From Chiloscyllium plagiosum (taxonomy: Eukaryota): DNA of 64,000 bases. Within the stretch, counting starts at the first letter, position 1. Each line of letters starts with the position of its first letter. The position numbers and the translations under genes are program-made. Positions 37,228 to 51,144 of the stretch are shown here, piece after piece. The stretch is from NCBI RefSeq assembly GCF_004010195.1, contig NC_057719.1, forward strand, positions 33,841,981 through 33,905,980, in the 5' to 3' direction. The notes under the pieces are model-generated. The model had not been told where the DNA came from. It searched no databases and saw nothing but the letters and a program-made list of their open reading frames with translations.

Positions 37228-37364
37228 TTGGGCCACCATCATATTCCAGGGTCTGCTTGGCCTATTGTGGTATAGGAAAACCACTTGGTAGTCTAAGAAG
37301 AAGATCTTGTCTTAAAAATAATGTAGTTCATTGCACGATGGCAACTATGTACAAGTTAAACTGA

Positions 37365-37645
37365 TAAGACAGACATTGCCTTCCTTGGTCAGGGCATTGA
37401 AAGAAAGGTTGGCAAGTCATGTTACAGCACTTCGGTCAGACCACATTTGGAGTCCTGTTTGCATTTCTGATCACTGCACTATAGGAAGGATGTGAAGGTT
37501 TTGAAGAGGGTAGAGGAAAGGTTTATGAGGATGTTGTCTGGATTGGAATGTATTAGATATAAGGAGATGTTGGACAAACTAGGATTGTTTTCCTTAGAGG
37601 CTGAGGGATGACCTGAGAGAAGTTTAATTAATGTTATGGAACTGT
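37365..37645 (+). mobile_element. CR1 ORF2 C-terminal fragment
   Basis: Similar to 50140-50430. Confidence 0.8.
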
Positions 37646-38246
37646 CAAGCTGCCATGGAAACTGTGAAGCTCTCATGATATTTAATCTCATTTTCTATCA
37701 ATTTAAAAATAAACTGCTGGCAATGCAATAAAATCAATGTTTACTTTTGACTCCATCTGTTAACAATTGGGATGGCTGTCACCATTTCATTTATGATACC
37801 TGATTGATTTCACAATCTATCATTTGTACAATGGGGCACCTGTCACTTCAATTTAATTGACATCTCCAAAAGCTTGTAAAGTCAGTGGATTATGTCAATG
37901 AATACAAATGTTCATTTTAATAAGGTATCAAGTAACTTAAGGAAGTTAAACACAACAAATGGGTTTTTATCAATGAGAGAGTGTTGTTTTTAAACAGTAA
38001 AATCACCAATCGACACTTAAGTTCTTTAACTTAATTCATCACATGAGCTGACGTGTGTCATTATGGATATTCAGCGCATTAGCATAAAGCATGTTTGAGC
38101 AAAGATAGGAGGGCAATTTTGGAATTGGATGTTGGGACTATGTTGATATAGAGTCTATAAAAAGACCCTGGTGAGTAAAGAGGCAATGTAGACATGGAGG
38201 GGATGAGTGGCCTCCGAAACAAAATAGCCCAATGCACTTTCTCGTG

Positions 38247-38346
38247 AACAAAAACAGAAATTGTTGGAAAATCTCAGCATGTCTGGCAGTATCTGTGGAA
38301 AGAAAGCTGAGTTAACATATTGGGTCCAGTGAGCCTTCCTCAGAAC
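38247..38346 (-). mobile_element. Penelope pseudo-LTR fragment (family C) with a decayed hammerhead-like core at 38311-38346
   Basis: Minus strand GUU-CUGAGGA-A-GGCUC-ACUG-GACCC-AAUA-UG-UU-AAC; related copy at about 53240-53365. Confidence 0.65.
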
Positions 38347-38554
38347 AGGAATTTTGTCTTGAGTCTGAGTTTGCAGATTCAGGAATTTTGTCAAATCTGT
38401 GTTCAGACACAAATATAATCTTGGTTTACACTTTCCTGTTATGTGTGAAATATTTTGAGCTTCCCATCAGACTATGTCTCCTATTCATTCTCCACTTAAT
38501 TTTATTTTTAATGAGATGTGGGTCTCACTAGGCCAGACTTTGTTATGCATTTGT

Positions 38555-40725
38555 TGAATGGAATCCTCCGCTATCAACATCTTGCAGGTATCTATTGACA
38601 AAAAACTGAACTGAATTAGTCATAATCGTAATTGCAGTGGCTACAAGGGTAAGACAGAGGCTAGAGATGCTGCAGCATGTAACTCAACTTATGACTCCCC
38701 AGGGCCTTTCTATCATCTACAAGGCACAAGTCAGAACTGTGACATACTATTTCCCACTTTCTGGATGAGAGCAGTTCCAATAACACTCAATAAGCTTGAC
38801 ACTATCCGTAATTGATTGGCATCCACAAATATTTACACCCTCCATAATGGAAGCTGCGTAGCAGTAATGTGTACCATCTACAAAATGTACAAATCTATGC
38901 AGAAATTCATCAGGGATCTTTAGAAAGCACCTTTCAAGCCGATGACCACTTCCATCTTGAAGGACAAGGCCAATGGTTACATTGGATTACCACCACTCCC
39001 AAGTTCTCTTCAGGAATAAAAGAATGACGAGGGTAGGAATAGGACCAGTCAAGGATAGTAGTGGGAAGTTGCATGTGGGGGCTGAAGAGATTGGGGAGAC
39101 ACTGAATGAATACTTTTCGTCAGTATTCACTCAGGAACAGAACATTGTTGCCAATGTGAATACTGAGTCACAATTAAGTAGAATGAATGGCTTTGAGGTA
39201 TGTAGGGAAGAGGTGTTGGAAATTCTGGAAAGGGTGAAAATAGATAAGTCCCCTGGGCCTGATGGCATTTATCCTGGAGTACAGGAGGTTAAGGCGGTGA
39301 CCTTATACTTTTATAAAATCATGAGGCATTGATAAGGTAAATAGCAAAGGTATTTTCCCTCGGATAGGGGAGTTCAAAACTAGATGGTATAGTTTTAAGG
39401 TGAGGGAAAAGATTTTAAAGGCACTCGAGGGGCACCTTTTTCACGTAGAGAATGGTCCACATGTAGAATGAGCTGCCAGAGGAAATAGTAAAGGCATGCA
39501 CAGTTACAACATTTAAAAGACATTTGGACAGGTAAATGGGTAGGCAAAACTAAAGGGATATGAGCCAAGCACAGGCAAACAGACTTGCTCAGTTTAGGAC
39601 AGCTGGTTGGCTTGGATAATGTGGGCTGAAGAGTCTGAATGTGCTCTGTGACTATGACATTTTAACATTGTTGTTTTAGGCAGTATATAGAAGACTAATA
39701 TGCACTGAAGTGAAGAGAGTTCAAACCATTGGAATCACAGCAAACAATGCTCACCAATAATTCTGAAAGCTAAATCCTTCAACCATCAATCCCCAGGACA
39801 TCCAAAAGGCAAGCAAAAATTCCTCATTTACATTGCGTATTGTGCAGTTTACCTTCCCTAAAGCTGTTTAAATAGGAACAATCTTGGCCAACTGCTGTGA
39901 ACAACAAATGTAAACAATTTGCATCGGTCAGGTGGACAAGAAAGTGGTAAACGGAATCCAACCCGGAGAAGCATAAGATGCATTTGGGAAGACCCAACAA
40001 GTCAAAGGCATACACAATAATTGAGAGGATCCAGAGGATAGAGAGAGGAAGTGAGGGACTTGGGTTGTTAAGACAAATTGAACATATTCCGTGATTAACA
40101 GGTATTGAATGTAAAAGAGCAGGAAAGTTAGTCAAACTGTTAACAGAGTAGGTTTGGGGTTGTTTTCATTGGAGAAAAGAAGGTTTAGGGGTGACTTGAT
40201 AGAGCCGAACAAGATGGTTCGGGGTTTAGATAGGGTTGACCGTGAGAACCTTTTTCCACATATGGAGTCAGCTATTACGAGGGGGCATAGCTTTAAATTA
40301 AGGGGTGGTAGGTATAGGACAGATGTTAGGGATAGGTTCTTTACTCAGCGAGTCGTGAGTTCATGGAATGCCCTGCCAGTAGCAGTGGTGGACTCTCCCT
40401 CTTTATGGGCATTTAAGCGGGCATTGGATAGGCATATGGAGGATAGTGGGCTAGTGTAGGTTAGGTGGGCTTGGATTGGCGCAACATCGAGGGCCAAAGG
40501 GCCTGTACTGCACTGTATTCTTCTATGTTCTATGTTCTAAGCTATCTGTCATCCTGACTTGGAAAAAAGTTGCCATTCCTTCAGTGTCTCTGGGGCAAAA
40601 TCCTGGAACTCACTCCCTAGTTTTCAAAGCAACTCACCATCACCTTCTCAGGAGAAATTAGGGATGGGCAACAAATGCTGGCCTAACCAGCGATGCCCAC
40701 ATGCCATGAATGAGTAAGAAAAAAT
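38555..40725 (+). mobile_element. CR1/L2-group LINE 3' portion split at about 39010/40538 by a cluster of CR1 fragments
   Basis: 38555-39009 and 40538-40725 match 2390-3058; the insert contains LNEYFSSVFT...DKSPGPDGIYP, LFSLEKRRFRGDLIE and a (CTATGTT)n tail. Confidence 0.85.
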
Positions 40726-41049
40726 ATGGCGCTGAATATTGTTCAATCAGCAAGAGGTTTTTTTTGTCCAAGTATGAACTGATGCAGTGAAATTTCATAA
40801 GGTACAGTCAAATTTAAGGATTTGCAGTGAGCTCCCTCCTAACTATATACTACAGTGTTGCCATTTTTCATGGGTCTATGGGGCCAGTGGGACAGAATAT
40901 ACACAGGGGCAATGATGACGATGTCTGGGACATTGCCTGAAAGGTATAATTCTACTAAAATCACTGTGTTAAGTTGTTGCTTGACTGGTGTATGGGACAG
41001 CTCTTAGATTTGTTAGGGGGGGATGTAAGGTGGGGGGAGGAAAAGTCAT

Positions 41050-41295
41050 CTAGAACTACAGGCCAATGGTTGAGGACATGGGTTCAAATCCCACAATGGA
41101 AGATGATAACATTTGAATTCAATAAAAATTTGGAATAAAAAGCAACCTCATGATGACCATCTAATCAATTATCATATCAGTTCATTTGGTTCATTACTGT
41201 CCTTCAGGGAAGAAAATGTTACCTGGTTTGACCTACATTAGTTATGGACAATAAATGCTGGCCTAGCCATCAATGCTCACATTTCATGAATAAAG
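41050..41295 (+). mobile_element. SacSINE1-like SINE
   Basis: gggttcaaatcccac...atttgaattcaataaaa...aataaatgctggcctagcc. Confidence 0.7.
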
Positions 41296-41429
41296 AAGTC
41301 AAAACACAATTGGCAGAAACCCTCAGATATTCATACGGTCAATTTTTCAGGATTGATAGGGCTGTACTTGATGATGCTTCTTGTATCTTAGTGCAGAGTG
41401 ATCAAACTGGTTTCATTCCTTTGTAGCTG

Positions 41430-41725
41430 TTAGATACAACTGAGGGAAGTTAAGAGTCAATCACGTTAGTGTGGGCATGGAGTCACATGTAGGCCAAACC
41501 AGGTGAGGATGACAAATATTCCTTCCCTAAAAGACATTAGTGAACCAGAACAGATTTTACAATAAGCAATGGTTTCATGGTCACCATTAGAGCAGTTTTT
41601 AATTCCAGATTTGTTAATTGATATTTGTCAATTTTACCATCTGCGATGGTGCGACTCAAATGTATGTCCCCAGATCATTAGCCTGGGTCTCTAGATAAAT
41701 CGACCAATGACAATACTGTTGCATC
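41430..41725 (-). mobile_element. SacSINE1-like SINE
   Basis: Reverse complement of the 22048 copy (ggagtcacatgtaggcc...ccctaaaagacattagtgaaccag). Confidence 0.75.
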
Positions 41726-43129
41726 TTCCCCACGTTTCCAGCCTCAATTCTGAAAACCTAATTCCTGACAGTGCAAAGACAAAAAGAAATGTCATGAAAG
41801 TGACAAAATCTTCCCATTTTAGACTGTGAAACACATGCACTTTATGAAAGTCTCACTGTATGTTAAACAACACTTCCAAGTCCAGTGATTAAAATATCTC
41901 TAATTGGAAAAGAAAGTGATGGAGATACACAGCATGTCAGTCACATCTTCAAAAAGAAAACATTATTAGTGTTTTAGACTATAATTCTGGCTTGGCAGGT
42001 AACACAAAAGATGTTCTTTGCTTTTCTTTCCAAATTGTCATTCCCAATATCATGGGAGGAATCTTACAGGGCCTACAATAAGAAATGTGATAGAGTGATG
42101 TGAGAAGTTCAATGAGGCCTAGCTCTACATTGGAAACAACTGTCCTCATCTTTTAACTGTGTTCTGGACATAGAGGCAAAATTTTCTTTCAGCAGTAGTG
42201 AGTTGCCTATTAGCAGGAATAATTATTTGTTAATGACCTTAAAACTGCCACATTACTATTCAGTTTCTACAGTACCATCTATTGCAAGCAAATTCTTGAC
42301 ATGGGAGTCAGAGACAACTCTAGCTCACTGCTTGTTCCAAAGGACCACCACATTGGTCACCAGGATCAACACCTCAGGGCACACTTGATGGGCACCCCAC
42401 AATCAATGATATTAGTGACTGACACATGATGGCTTTAACAGCCATCATGATACATCTCCAATCCACTCACAAAATACTTCCGCACTTCAATATTGCACTT
42501 TGGGGTATAATGGTAAGGATCTTTCTAACACTGCAGCAAGGACACTTTGTGCTCAGTGACACCCAGTGCATAGGCTGGATCAGGTTACATCTCCAGGCTG
42601 TTCACTTGTTCTTTTAGCACACACCTGCATTGAGCTACCCTGGATTTCACAGCAATTCTGCCTTGCCTTGCCTTTCTGCACCTTGCCCCTTACCCAGAGA
42701 TACTAGGCTCACAATACTGCTGTATTGCCATGCCATTCAGCACAGGCACTAAGGAAGCTTGTCATGCCCATCAATAGGTCTCAGTCAAGTAAAGGGAGAT
42801 AACCTTCACACAGAAGGACCTGACACAATAAGTCAAGTGCAGTCTCCAATGACAGAATCAGGAAGCTTGTCATGATTGCCAGCAGTCTTTAGTCACGGTT
42901 TCCCAGTGCATTGCAGGCAGCCTCTGATCAATCCTGGCCCTATTTGAGGTGCTCAGGATCCTCTCCTCATAAGTTAGAAGCTGAATGATGGGCAGCCTAC
43001 CAACCATCTGGGCTCTTCCTGCAATGAGAGAGAGGTAGTTATTAACAAGAAATGAAAGTGTTATGCAGGGTTACTGATATTCAGGGGTTAGAATGGTGAG
43101 AGCAACTGAGGAAGATGTTTGCAGGCAAT

Positions 43130-43500
43130 TTTGAGAGTAAGAGCATGAGCCTTGGTGAGAGATGGGGACAGTAACGGCAACAGAATGAATGGAACGTATC
43201 AAAGAGAAGATGGTGTCACTTACACTGGAGGAGTAGAGAAGGTCATTGACCCAGGTGCAATGACCCAGGTGGTAACCTCAGACCAGATTGGCATGGTCTG
43301 ATGTTGTGGCCTCTACTGCTGTACCTGGGGAGGAGGATGAACCACCTTTGCACCAGCCATGTACCAGGACTAACAGGTCTTACCATGCCTGTGACAAATG
43401 CCAAGAACTGTGCACAGCAGCTCAAGCTGTCTGGTTCTGCAAAGATCTTTTAAAGATAGTGTTAGGGATTCCAGTCCACTCTAGGATATTCTAGCAGTAG
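43130..43500 (-). mobile_element. Probable PIF/Harbinger relic (Myb/SANT-like ORF), may extend to about 42300
   Basis: Minus strand RPQHQTMPIWSEVTTWV...VNDLL; similar to 32270-32650. Confidence 0.45.
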
Positions 43501-43929
43501 CAAGGTGTTCTGGATCCAACAAATGGTAGAACGGGACTGAGTTGCGAGGGGCTCCATGCATGGAGTAGGTAGTTAATGAGGCTATTTTGATAAGATGTGA
43601 AGAGAAATCTAGTTGAACCTCATGGAGGAAAATCAATGAAACTGACACTACCAAAAAAAAGAGTAGGAATTAGTTCTTTGTGTTTCCATTTCAACATTTG
43701 CAAGATTTTTTTTCTTTTCATGTTAACATATGCATTGTTATTCACTACAAAGATCAGTACATTTTCATGAGAAAGGATTCAGACATTTTTGCTTAACACT
43801 GATCATATCAATAAAACTGTGAAAGCTATTTGTAGGGGTGAAGTTTCAGTGAAGCTTCTGCATATTAATAACTTATTAAAGAACATGAATTCAGAAGTCG
43901 AAGCTTCTGTCTGCAAAATCTTCTTTAAA

Positions 43930-44530
43930 TCTTTGAGGAGGTTATAGATAGAGTGGAGTGGATATATTTTATGTGAGCTCGTTCAATTTCTTTGATTAAG
44001 TCCCACGTGATAAGTCTCCAGTGAAACTGAATGCTACAGTGCCAGGGATGGAAATCTTGGAAATGGATCAGAAATTAGTTACAGATAAGAAACTGCACAC
44101 TTAGAATTGGAAGAATGTTGAGTGGAGTCCCACAGAGACGACTGCTTGAATCCTTGTTGCTTCTGTTCTATATTAATAACATAGCGATATAAGTTACATC
44201 TAAGCTTGTCATATGTATTAGCCTAATAAAGTATAATCTAGAAAGGACCAATTGTTGCATCAAAGGATCTAGGGTAAGACTTAGATTGGACAATTCAGCA
44301 ACTGCAATGTGAAACCTAACGCTCATGAATATTTTAAGATTTGCACATCAATAACTGTTCTCAAAGTGATAAATCCTTGGAATAAGTTTCCAAGGAAGGT
44401 TGCAAAGGAAAAATATCAAGAACTTTATATATAAGGTTGAGGCTATACTGGGAAAGTTGAAGTACTTAAACGGATGAATTTTAATGAATCAAATACCCAT
44501 TAGCGTCCTTGATTTGACAATGTTCTTAAA
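43930..44530 (+). mobile_element. Very decayed CR1-like LINE fragment
   Basis: gtggagtcccacag (GVP), aaatccttggaataagtttcca (WNKL-like). Confidence 0.5.
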
Positions 44531-45001
44531 GAAGGCATTAGATTTTGAAAAGTCTAACAAAGTTGAGGCTTTTGTTGTGAATTAGGTTTCTGCTCTAGAG
44601 GAGGAAACCTAATTCTCCATGATGTTTCTGACAGCTGTTAATATTGTGGAAATGTTCTCAGGATCATTCTTCTATATTAATCTCAACTTTGATCATTAGG
44701 ATAGGTTTGCCTGGTCTGCTTAAGCCTGCAGGAAAGGAAGGTAATCTCTGTGACATGTCAACTGAGGAAGGGGTGGAGCTGTATGACACTGCTGGTCTGC
44801 AGTGTTTATCAACATTTAACATTTGACAGGACTAATTAGAAAAATCTTTTTAGTCAGCTTTATTGCTAGGAAAATGTTTGCGCCAGCTGCCCTGTAGTCA
44901 TTTCACACAAGAACATCTCTCCCTCTCTCTAATGGAATCTACCATGAGCATTCCCATATTTTTTCATGGCAAAACAAGAGGGAGAAGAAGTGATAGGATA
45001 A

Positions 45002-45159
45002 TTTGGATATGCCGGTGTTGGATTGGGATGTACAAAGTTAAAAATCACACAACACCAGTTCATAGTCTAACAGGTTTGATTGGAAGCATGAGCTTTTGGA
45101 GGGCTGCTCCTTCATCAGGTGGTTGGACTATAACCTGGTGTTGTGTGATTTTTAACTTT
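45002..45159. mobile_element. Penelope-derived palindromic insert (family B)
   Basis: Same sequence as the 14387 insert; imperfect 12-bp TSD g(t/c)gat(a/g)ggataa at 44990 and 45160; minus-strand core with GAAA to AAAA. Confidence 0.8.
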
Positions 45160-46317
45160 GCGATGGGATAAGATAAAATCAAAGGTGGAAAAGAGCTCTT
45201 TGGAGATAACCTTTCATCATAGCATGCAGGCGTTTTTCTTGTTTATTCACTCATGGGGTATGGGAGTCATTGGCTGGGCCAGCATTTAATGCTTATCCCT
45301 AGCTGGCCTTGAGAAGGTGTTTGTGAGCTCCTTTTTTGAACTGTTGCAGTCCGTAGGCTGGAGATACATCAACCAATCCCTCGAAAATGCCTCATGAGAG
45401 ATCAAATTAACAAGGCAACAGTTCAACAACGAGACTTAAAAAGGCCAATGCTCACTTCCAAGTCTTTGTGTAAAAGATGGGGAACTGATCGCTGTATGCT
45501 CCCTCTCAAGTAAGCAGGTGTTTCAGGAGCCTGGTTAAAAATTAAAGATTCCAAGAGCTGTGACCAAGATCAAGGAAAGCATCATGAAGATGAATTCTAG
45601 GCCTGTCACTTGTGCTGGACCTTAAATTTATGTTGGAGACCCAATTGTATCAGATGCAGACCCTGAAAGATATTATTGCAAATTATCTGCTTTTGTAAAG
45701 GGCACTTTCATATTTCTTCCTGTAAGATATCAACCAACTCCCTTCTGGAGAAGTGACTGACAGCCTATGTGCCTGCTTTGGTACTGAGCACCACAAGCAC
45801 CCTCTACTGGCACAGATGCCTGCCATTGGGTTGGAATGAAGAAGCCTCACTTCGTCTGAGGAAGGTCAAGAGCATTCTGACCTTGCAGGTCTATCCGAGC
45901 ATTTATATTGGGATGTTACTGGCGCAGACTTTCAATCTTATGGGAACCTGTGTGAAAATAGCTTCAGTGTTTGGCAGCATAAAATCACTGCACTTCAAAA
46001 GGAATTAATTGTACAGGAAAACATTCAATATGTTTAACCAATCTGCTAAAATGTGATATAAATGCAAATGATATTTACTTTTAGATATCCCAAAGCAGGA
46101 TGGAAAGGAAGTGCTGCCTTTGAAAATCATTTTGAACAGAAATAATTAATGCTGAATTCACATTGTCCAATTCTGGGTTCAATTTAGATTTGCCATCAGT
46201 CCATCTCTAAAAGTTATTATGCTTATTGTAAGTGTGTGACCTACAGAAATTTTACATAGCCCCCAGCCTCTAAAACATTCTTATAATAATGTTGAAGTTA
46301 GACTATTATTTCTACTA

Positions 46318-46480
46318 GGAGGAAGTAAAGACTGCAGATGCTGGAGATCAGAGCCAAGAGTGGTGCTGGAAAAGCACAGCAGGAAGGGCTTGCTGATGAA
46401 GGGCTTATGCCTGAAACGTCGATTATCCTGCTCCTTGGATGCTGACTGACCTGCTGTGCTTTTCCAGCACCACACTCTTG
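46318..46480. mobile_element. Penelope-derived insert (family A) with a plus-strand hammerhead-like core at 46393-46422
   Basis: CTGATGA-A-GGGC-TTAT-GCCT-GAAA-CG-TC-GA; inverted arms gtggtgctggaaaagcacagcagg / cctgctgtgcttttccagcaccac; flanking tttctacta repeat. Confidence 0.85.
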
Positions 46481-47243
46481 ATTACTGTTTCTACTAACAT
46501 TATAGGCTAAAGTTTTAGAGTATTGAATTGAGACTCTGAAAAGATTTTCCATGTAAAAGCACTCCAAAAGGAATGAATGTTCATTACAACAGCCTAATTC
46601 ATATCATAATAACTTTCTCAAAGTTAAAAGCTGTCTACCTCACTCAATCACCTCTTCATCCACCTCAGATATTTTCAACTTGGCTTCTATCTCAAAAAGT
46701 AAGTTTTGCAAATGATAACGCTTGTGGGCAGATCAATACATTATATAATCTTCATTATACTGGTTTTGTTTTATATTAAAGTTTATCCAATGAAGAGAAA
46801 TATTGGGCAAAATGTTTCAAATACATCTATGAAAAGTAATGTAAATAAAGCTGTAACTGTGATATGTCACTGAGCCAATGTGCTGATTCATCATTCTACA
46901 AGTTATTGTAGAAAGATTCGGTCTCCATATTAATTTCAGTATGCACAATTTCATCTACATATTTCATCATTTTCTTGTTGATTTGATTTATTTTGTTTTC
47001 TCTTTCATGTTTTGTACCTTTCTCTCTGGTAAACCACCAATAATTTCTTAATATGGAAAAATTAGACAGTAAAGGAAATGGTAGCAAGAAATGAGAAACC
47101 TGCATTACTTTTAATACTGCCCTTAATTAATGGCTGTCCCATGATTGAGAATGAAAAGTGAACATTGAAAGCAGGATTAGCACAAAGCACCATTGGACAG
47201 GTAGTCAGAGCTGGAGAAATTAATTAACAACAACAAATATCAG

Positions 47244-47394
47244 ATGGTGGAGATTAGAGTCAAGATGAGAGTGGTGCTGGAAATGCACAGCAGGTCAGGC
47301 TGCATCCGAGAAGCAGGAAAATCGACATTTCGGACAGGAGCCCTCCTCGGATGCTGTCTGACCTGCTGGGCATTTCTAGCACCGCTCTGATCTT
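47244..47394. mobile_element. Penelope-derived palindromic insert (family A)
   Basis: Exact 15-bp TSD AACAACAAATATCAG at 47229-47243 and 47395-47409. Confidence 0.85.
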
Positions 47395-47829
47395 AACAAC
47401 AAATATCAGTATAAATGTCTCGTACTGGTATTGTAGTTCATCCTGACAAATATGAAATGAGGTTCTGAGAGGAAGTGTATGGATTAGCATTATAGAATAA
47501 GTCATTTGCTCTTGTTGAAAGAAGGTTGTTACCATTTAGTTAACTGTGACCAAACTCTGATAAGATCACATAACCTTTATGATTAAAATTTAATTCAGTG
47601 TTGGACTTTTCATTCATTGAAATATAACTGTCATCAGTGGGATCAAATGGCAAGCTTAATTAAAAATTGTTGCATTACAGATTAATACTTAATTGTAAAA
47701 GAGTTTATAATTTTGTCACACCTAACAGGGAGAGAAAACAAACAATCTTGGATGTTTTAATGCTCAAGGCATTTAGGATCTCTGGCTTGGGATGTACAAC
47801 ACAAAGCTGAAGATGTTCCTATTTTGTCA

Positions 47830-49145
47830 TTACTTTTATTCATTCATGGGATGGGTGTCACTGGTTAGTTCAGCATTTATTGCCTGTTCCTGGTTATCCC
47901 ACTTGAACCACTATAGTCCTTAGAGGCATCAAAGTGTTGTTATGAAAGGGTTCCAGAATGTTGATGGAACAACAGTGAAGGAACAGCACTATAGAATCAA
48001 GTCAGGATAGTGCGTGCCTTGCGGGTAAACTTCCAGATAGTGGTATTCCCTTATATCTGTTACCCTTGTCCTTCTAGGTGTTATAATTCTTCTAGGTTTT
48101 GGAAGGTGCTGCTCGTGAAACCTTTGTGAGTTACTGTCATGTATGTTCTAAATAGTACATATTGCTATCACTGTGCATTGAGGTGATCTTGGGGAGATTC
48201 AGGGCACCAATCAAATGGTTTGGGGTCAGGATTTTTGAGTGTCATAGAAGCTGCACTCATTCAAATAGCGAGTATTTCATCACATTCCTCACTTGTACCT
48301 TGGAGGTGGTGGACTGGCTCTTGTAACCAGTGTACTTACATGGCTGGTTCAGTTCACTTTCTAGCCACTGGCTTTACCCAGGATGTTGGTAGTGGAGATT
48401 CAGTGAAGATATTACCATTTAATATTAAGGGGCAGTGGTCATATTCCCCCTTGTTGGAGAAGGCTATTGTCTGGCACTTGTGTGAGTTGAATATTACTTT
48501 CAACTTCAGTTCAGGTCCTTGACATATAGATACAGACTGCTTCATTATCTTGAATTATGTTGAACATTGTGCAATTATTAGCAAGCATCCCCACTTCTGA
48601 TTTTATCATGGTGGGATTGTCATTAATAAAGCAGCTAAAGATGGCTAGACCTAGGACACTACCTTATGGAACACCTGCAGTGATGTCCTGTGGCTTAGAT
48701 GATTGACCACCAACAAACACAACCATTTTCATTTGTGTTCAGCATGACTCCAACCAGTAGAGAGTTTTCTCCCTAATTTCCATTGACTCCAGTCTTGTTC
48801 CAGCACCTCGATGACACATTCAATCAAGTGCAGCCTTCGTACCAAGAACAGTCACTCTCACCTCATGTCAGGATCTTCAGCTCTTTCTTCCATGTTAGAA
48901 CCAAATCAGTAATGCTTCAGGATCTGAGTGTCTCTGGTAGAATACAAACTGAGAGTCAGTGAAAAGGTTATTCCTTTGCAAGTACAACATGGTATAATTG
49001 TCTACAATCCCCTCAATCACTTTCTTGATGATTGAGAGTGGACTGACAGGACTGTAATTGACTGACTTAGATTTGTCCTGTTTCTGTGTGAAGTATATAG
49101 ATGGGCAATTTTCTATTTGTCAGAGAGAAGCCAGTGTTGTAGCCA
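47830..49145 (-). mobile_element. CR1/L2-group LINE, decayed (family of 1523-3058)
   Basis: Reverse-complement similarity to 1650-3058; ORF 48354..48545 has VIFNSHKCQTIAFSNK. Confidence 0.82.
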
Positions 49146-49889
49146 TTGATGTGTACTGAAATAAATACACACGAGCCCAAAAATGCAGAACAATATTCTT
49201 TTCATCCCTCATTCTAAAGTGAAATATGCTTAATCAATTCACTACAAAATCTGAAATTCATAGTCACCAGGATCGAGAATTGATAACAAGGAAACCTTTA
49301 AATTGTTACATCTGAGGCACAAGAGAATTTGGGAAAGGACATGTAGGCAGTTTCAGGATTCTGGGTCACTAGCAGCAAATAAAGGACGAACAAAGACAGC
49401 TGGGGGAACTGGTGAAGGTTAGATGGTCGTGGAATAGCATTTATTCAGGAAAGGGAAGTGATTACGAAGGCATAAACCTGGAAAGGGAGAAGAACAGAAA
49501 GTGAGAGAATGCCAGAAAAAGGACAATACTTAGAATTGGTCAGTTATGAACAGGCAGTGTGTTTCTGGGTTGGGATGAGATCAGGAAGGAAATTTAGATT
49601 AGAATTGAGATAGTAACCAGCACATTGGGGCAGTGATCAGGAGAAAGATCCAAACAGGTGACCATAGTGGTGATTAGAACAGGGATCTAACAAGGGATCA
49701 AGACCTTGATCAGGACAAGAGATTGAGGAATTAGTCAGGGAGGAGATTAAAGTAATTGCTCGGACAGGAATCAAAGTAGTAATTGCAACAGGAATTGGGC
49801 ATGATAAGAATACAGGTACAAAGCAGCATTTGGACTGGGGCTCAAAGCAGTAATCAAGAGGAAGGTTCAGCCGAAACCTGCAGTATCTC

Positions 49890-50785
49890 ATACAGGGAGA
49901 ACTACCATTTGGATACAGAACTGGCTCAAAGGTAGAAGACAGAGGGTGGTGGTGGAGGGTTGTTTTTCAGACTGGAGGCCTGTGACCAGTGGAGTGCTGC
50001 ATTTTGGGAAAGCAAATCTTAGCAGGACTTATACACTTAATGGTGAGGTCTTAGGGAACGTTGCTGAACAAAGAGGCTTTGGAGTGCTGGTTCATAGCTC
50101 CTTGAAAGTGGAGTCGCAGGTAGCTAGGATAGTGACGAAGGCACATGGTATGCTTTCCTTTATTGGTCAGAGTATTGAGTACAGGAGTTGGGAGGTCATG
50201 TTGCAGCTGTACAGGATATTGGCTAGGCCACTGTTGGAATATTGTGTGCAATTCTGGTCTCCTTCCTATCAGAAAGATGTTGTGAAACTTGAAAGGGTTC
50301 AGAAAAGATTTACAAGGATGTTTCCAGGGTTGGAGGATTTGAGCTATAGGGAGAGGCTGAATAGGCCGGGGCTGTTTTCCCTGGAGTGTCGGAGGCTGAG
50401 GGGTGACCTTATAGAGGTTTACAAAATTATGAGGGGCATGGATGGGGTAAATAGGTAAAGTCTTTTCCCTGGGGTGGGGGAGTCCAGAACTAGTGGGCAT
50501 AGGTTTAGGGTGAGATGGGAAAGATATAAAAGAGACCTAAGGGGCAACATTTTCACGCAGAGGGTGATACATATATGGAATAAGCTACCAGAGAAAGTGA
50601 TGGAGGCTGGTACAATTGCAACATTTAAAAGGCATTTGGATGGGTATATGAATAGGAAAGGTTTGGAGGGATATGGGCTGGGTGCTGGCAGGTGGGACTA
50701 GATTGGGTTGGGATATCTGGTCGGCATGGACAGGTTGGACCGAAGGGTCTGTTTCCATGCTGTACATCTCTATGACTCTATGATT
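49890..50785 (+). mobile_element. CR1 (HER1-like) LINE 3' portion with an internal deletion
   Basis: ORF 49946..50458 has RPLLEYCVQFWSP...LFSLECRRLRGDLIEVYKIM; the RT core between PVTSGV and LHFGKAN is deleted; (CTATGACT) tail. Confidence 0.95.
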
Positions 50786-51144
50786 ATATTTAACATGGTT
50801 TCAGCAAAACCATGTCTTTTATTGTAATTATTAGTAGGTCATTGATAGTATTTCTGCTTTTATACTTCTACCAGTCACCAGCTTTAGAACACTTAACAAA
50901 AATTTAACAACATACGACTTGAGAACATTCTTTAAAAACAATCTTAAAGAGGATCAACTGAAACAAGACGATACTGAAAATTAATTATTGGAATTGGAAG
51001 TTTCAGAACCCCAAAAGTGAAGTTAGTTAAATCATTATTATTTCAATTGTCTAAGTGAGAAGCATAATTTTTTTTTCATTAATTAACAATTTTCATCTAT
51101 TTTAATTGTAGTTTCGAACAACATCAGAGACAAAGAAAACAGGA

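Noticed and set aside
37161..37364. (PN)n-repeat protein ORF
   Set aside because: Translation of the telomeric array.
45456..45530. 75-nt phase-0 minus-strand exon candidate (APETPAYLRGSIQRSVPHLLHKDLE); similar isolated candidates at 35233-35312, 22771-22799 and about 31453-31582
   Set aside because: Splice-like pairs are common by chance, the peptides are unrecognised, one candidate has stops in all frames, and no coherent gene could be built.
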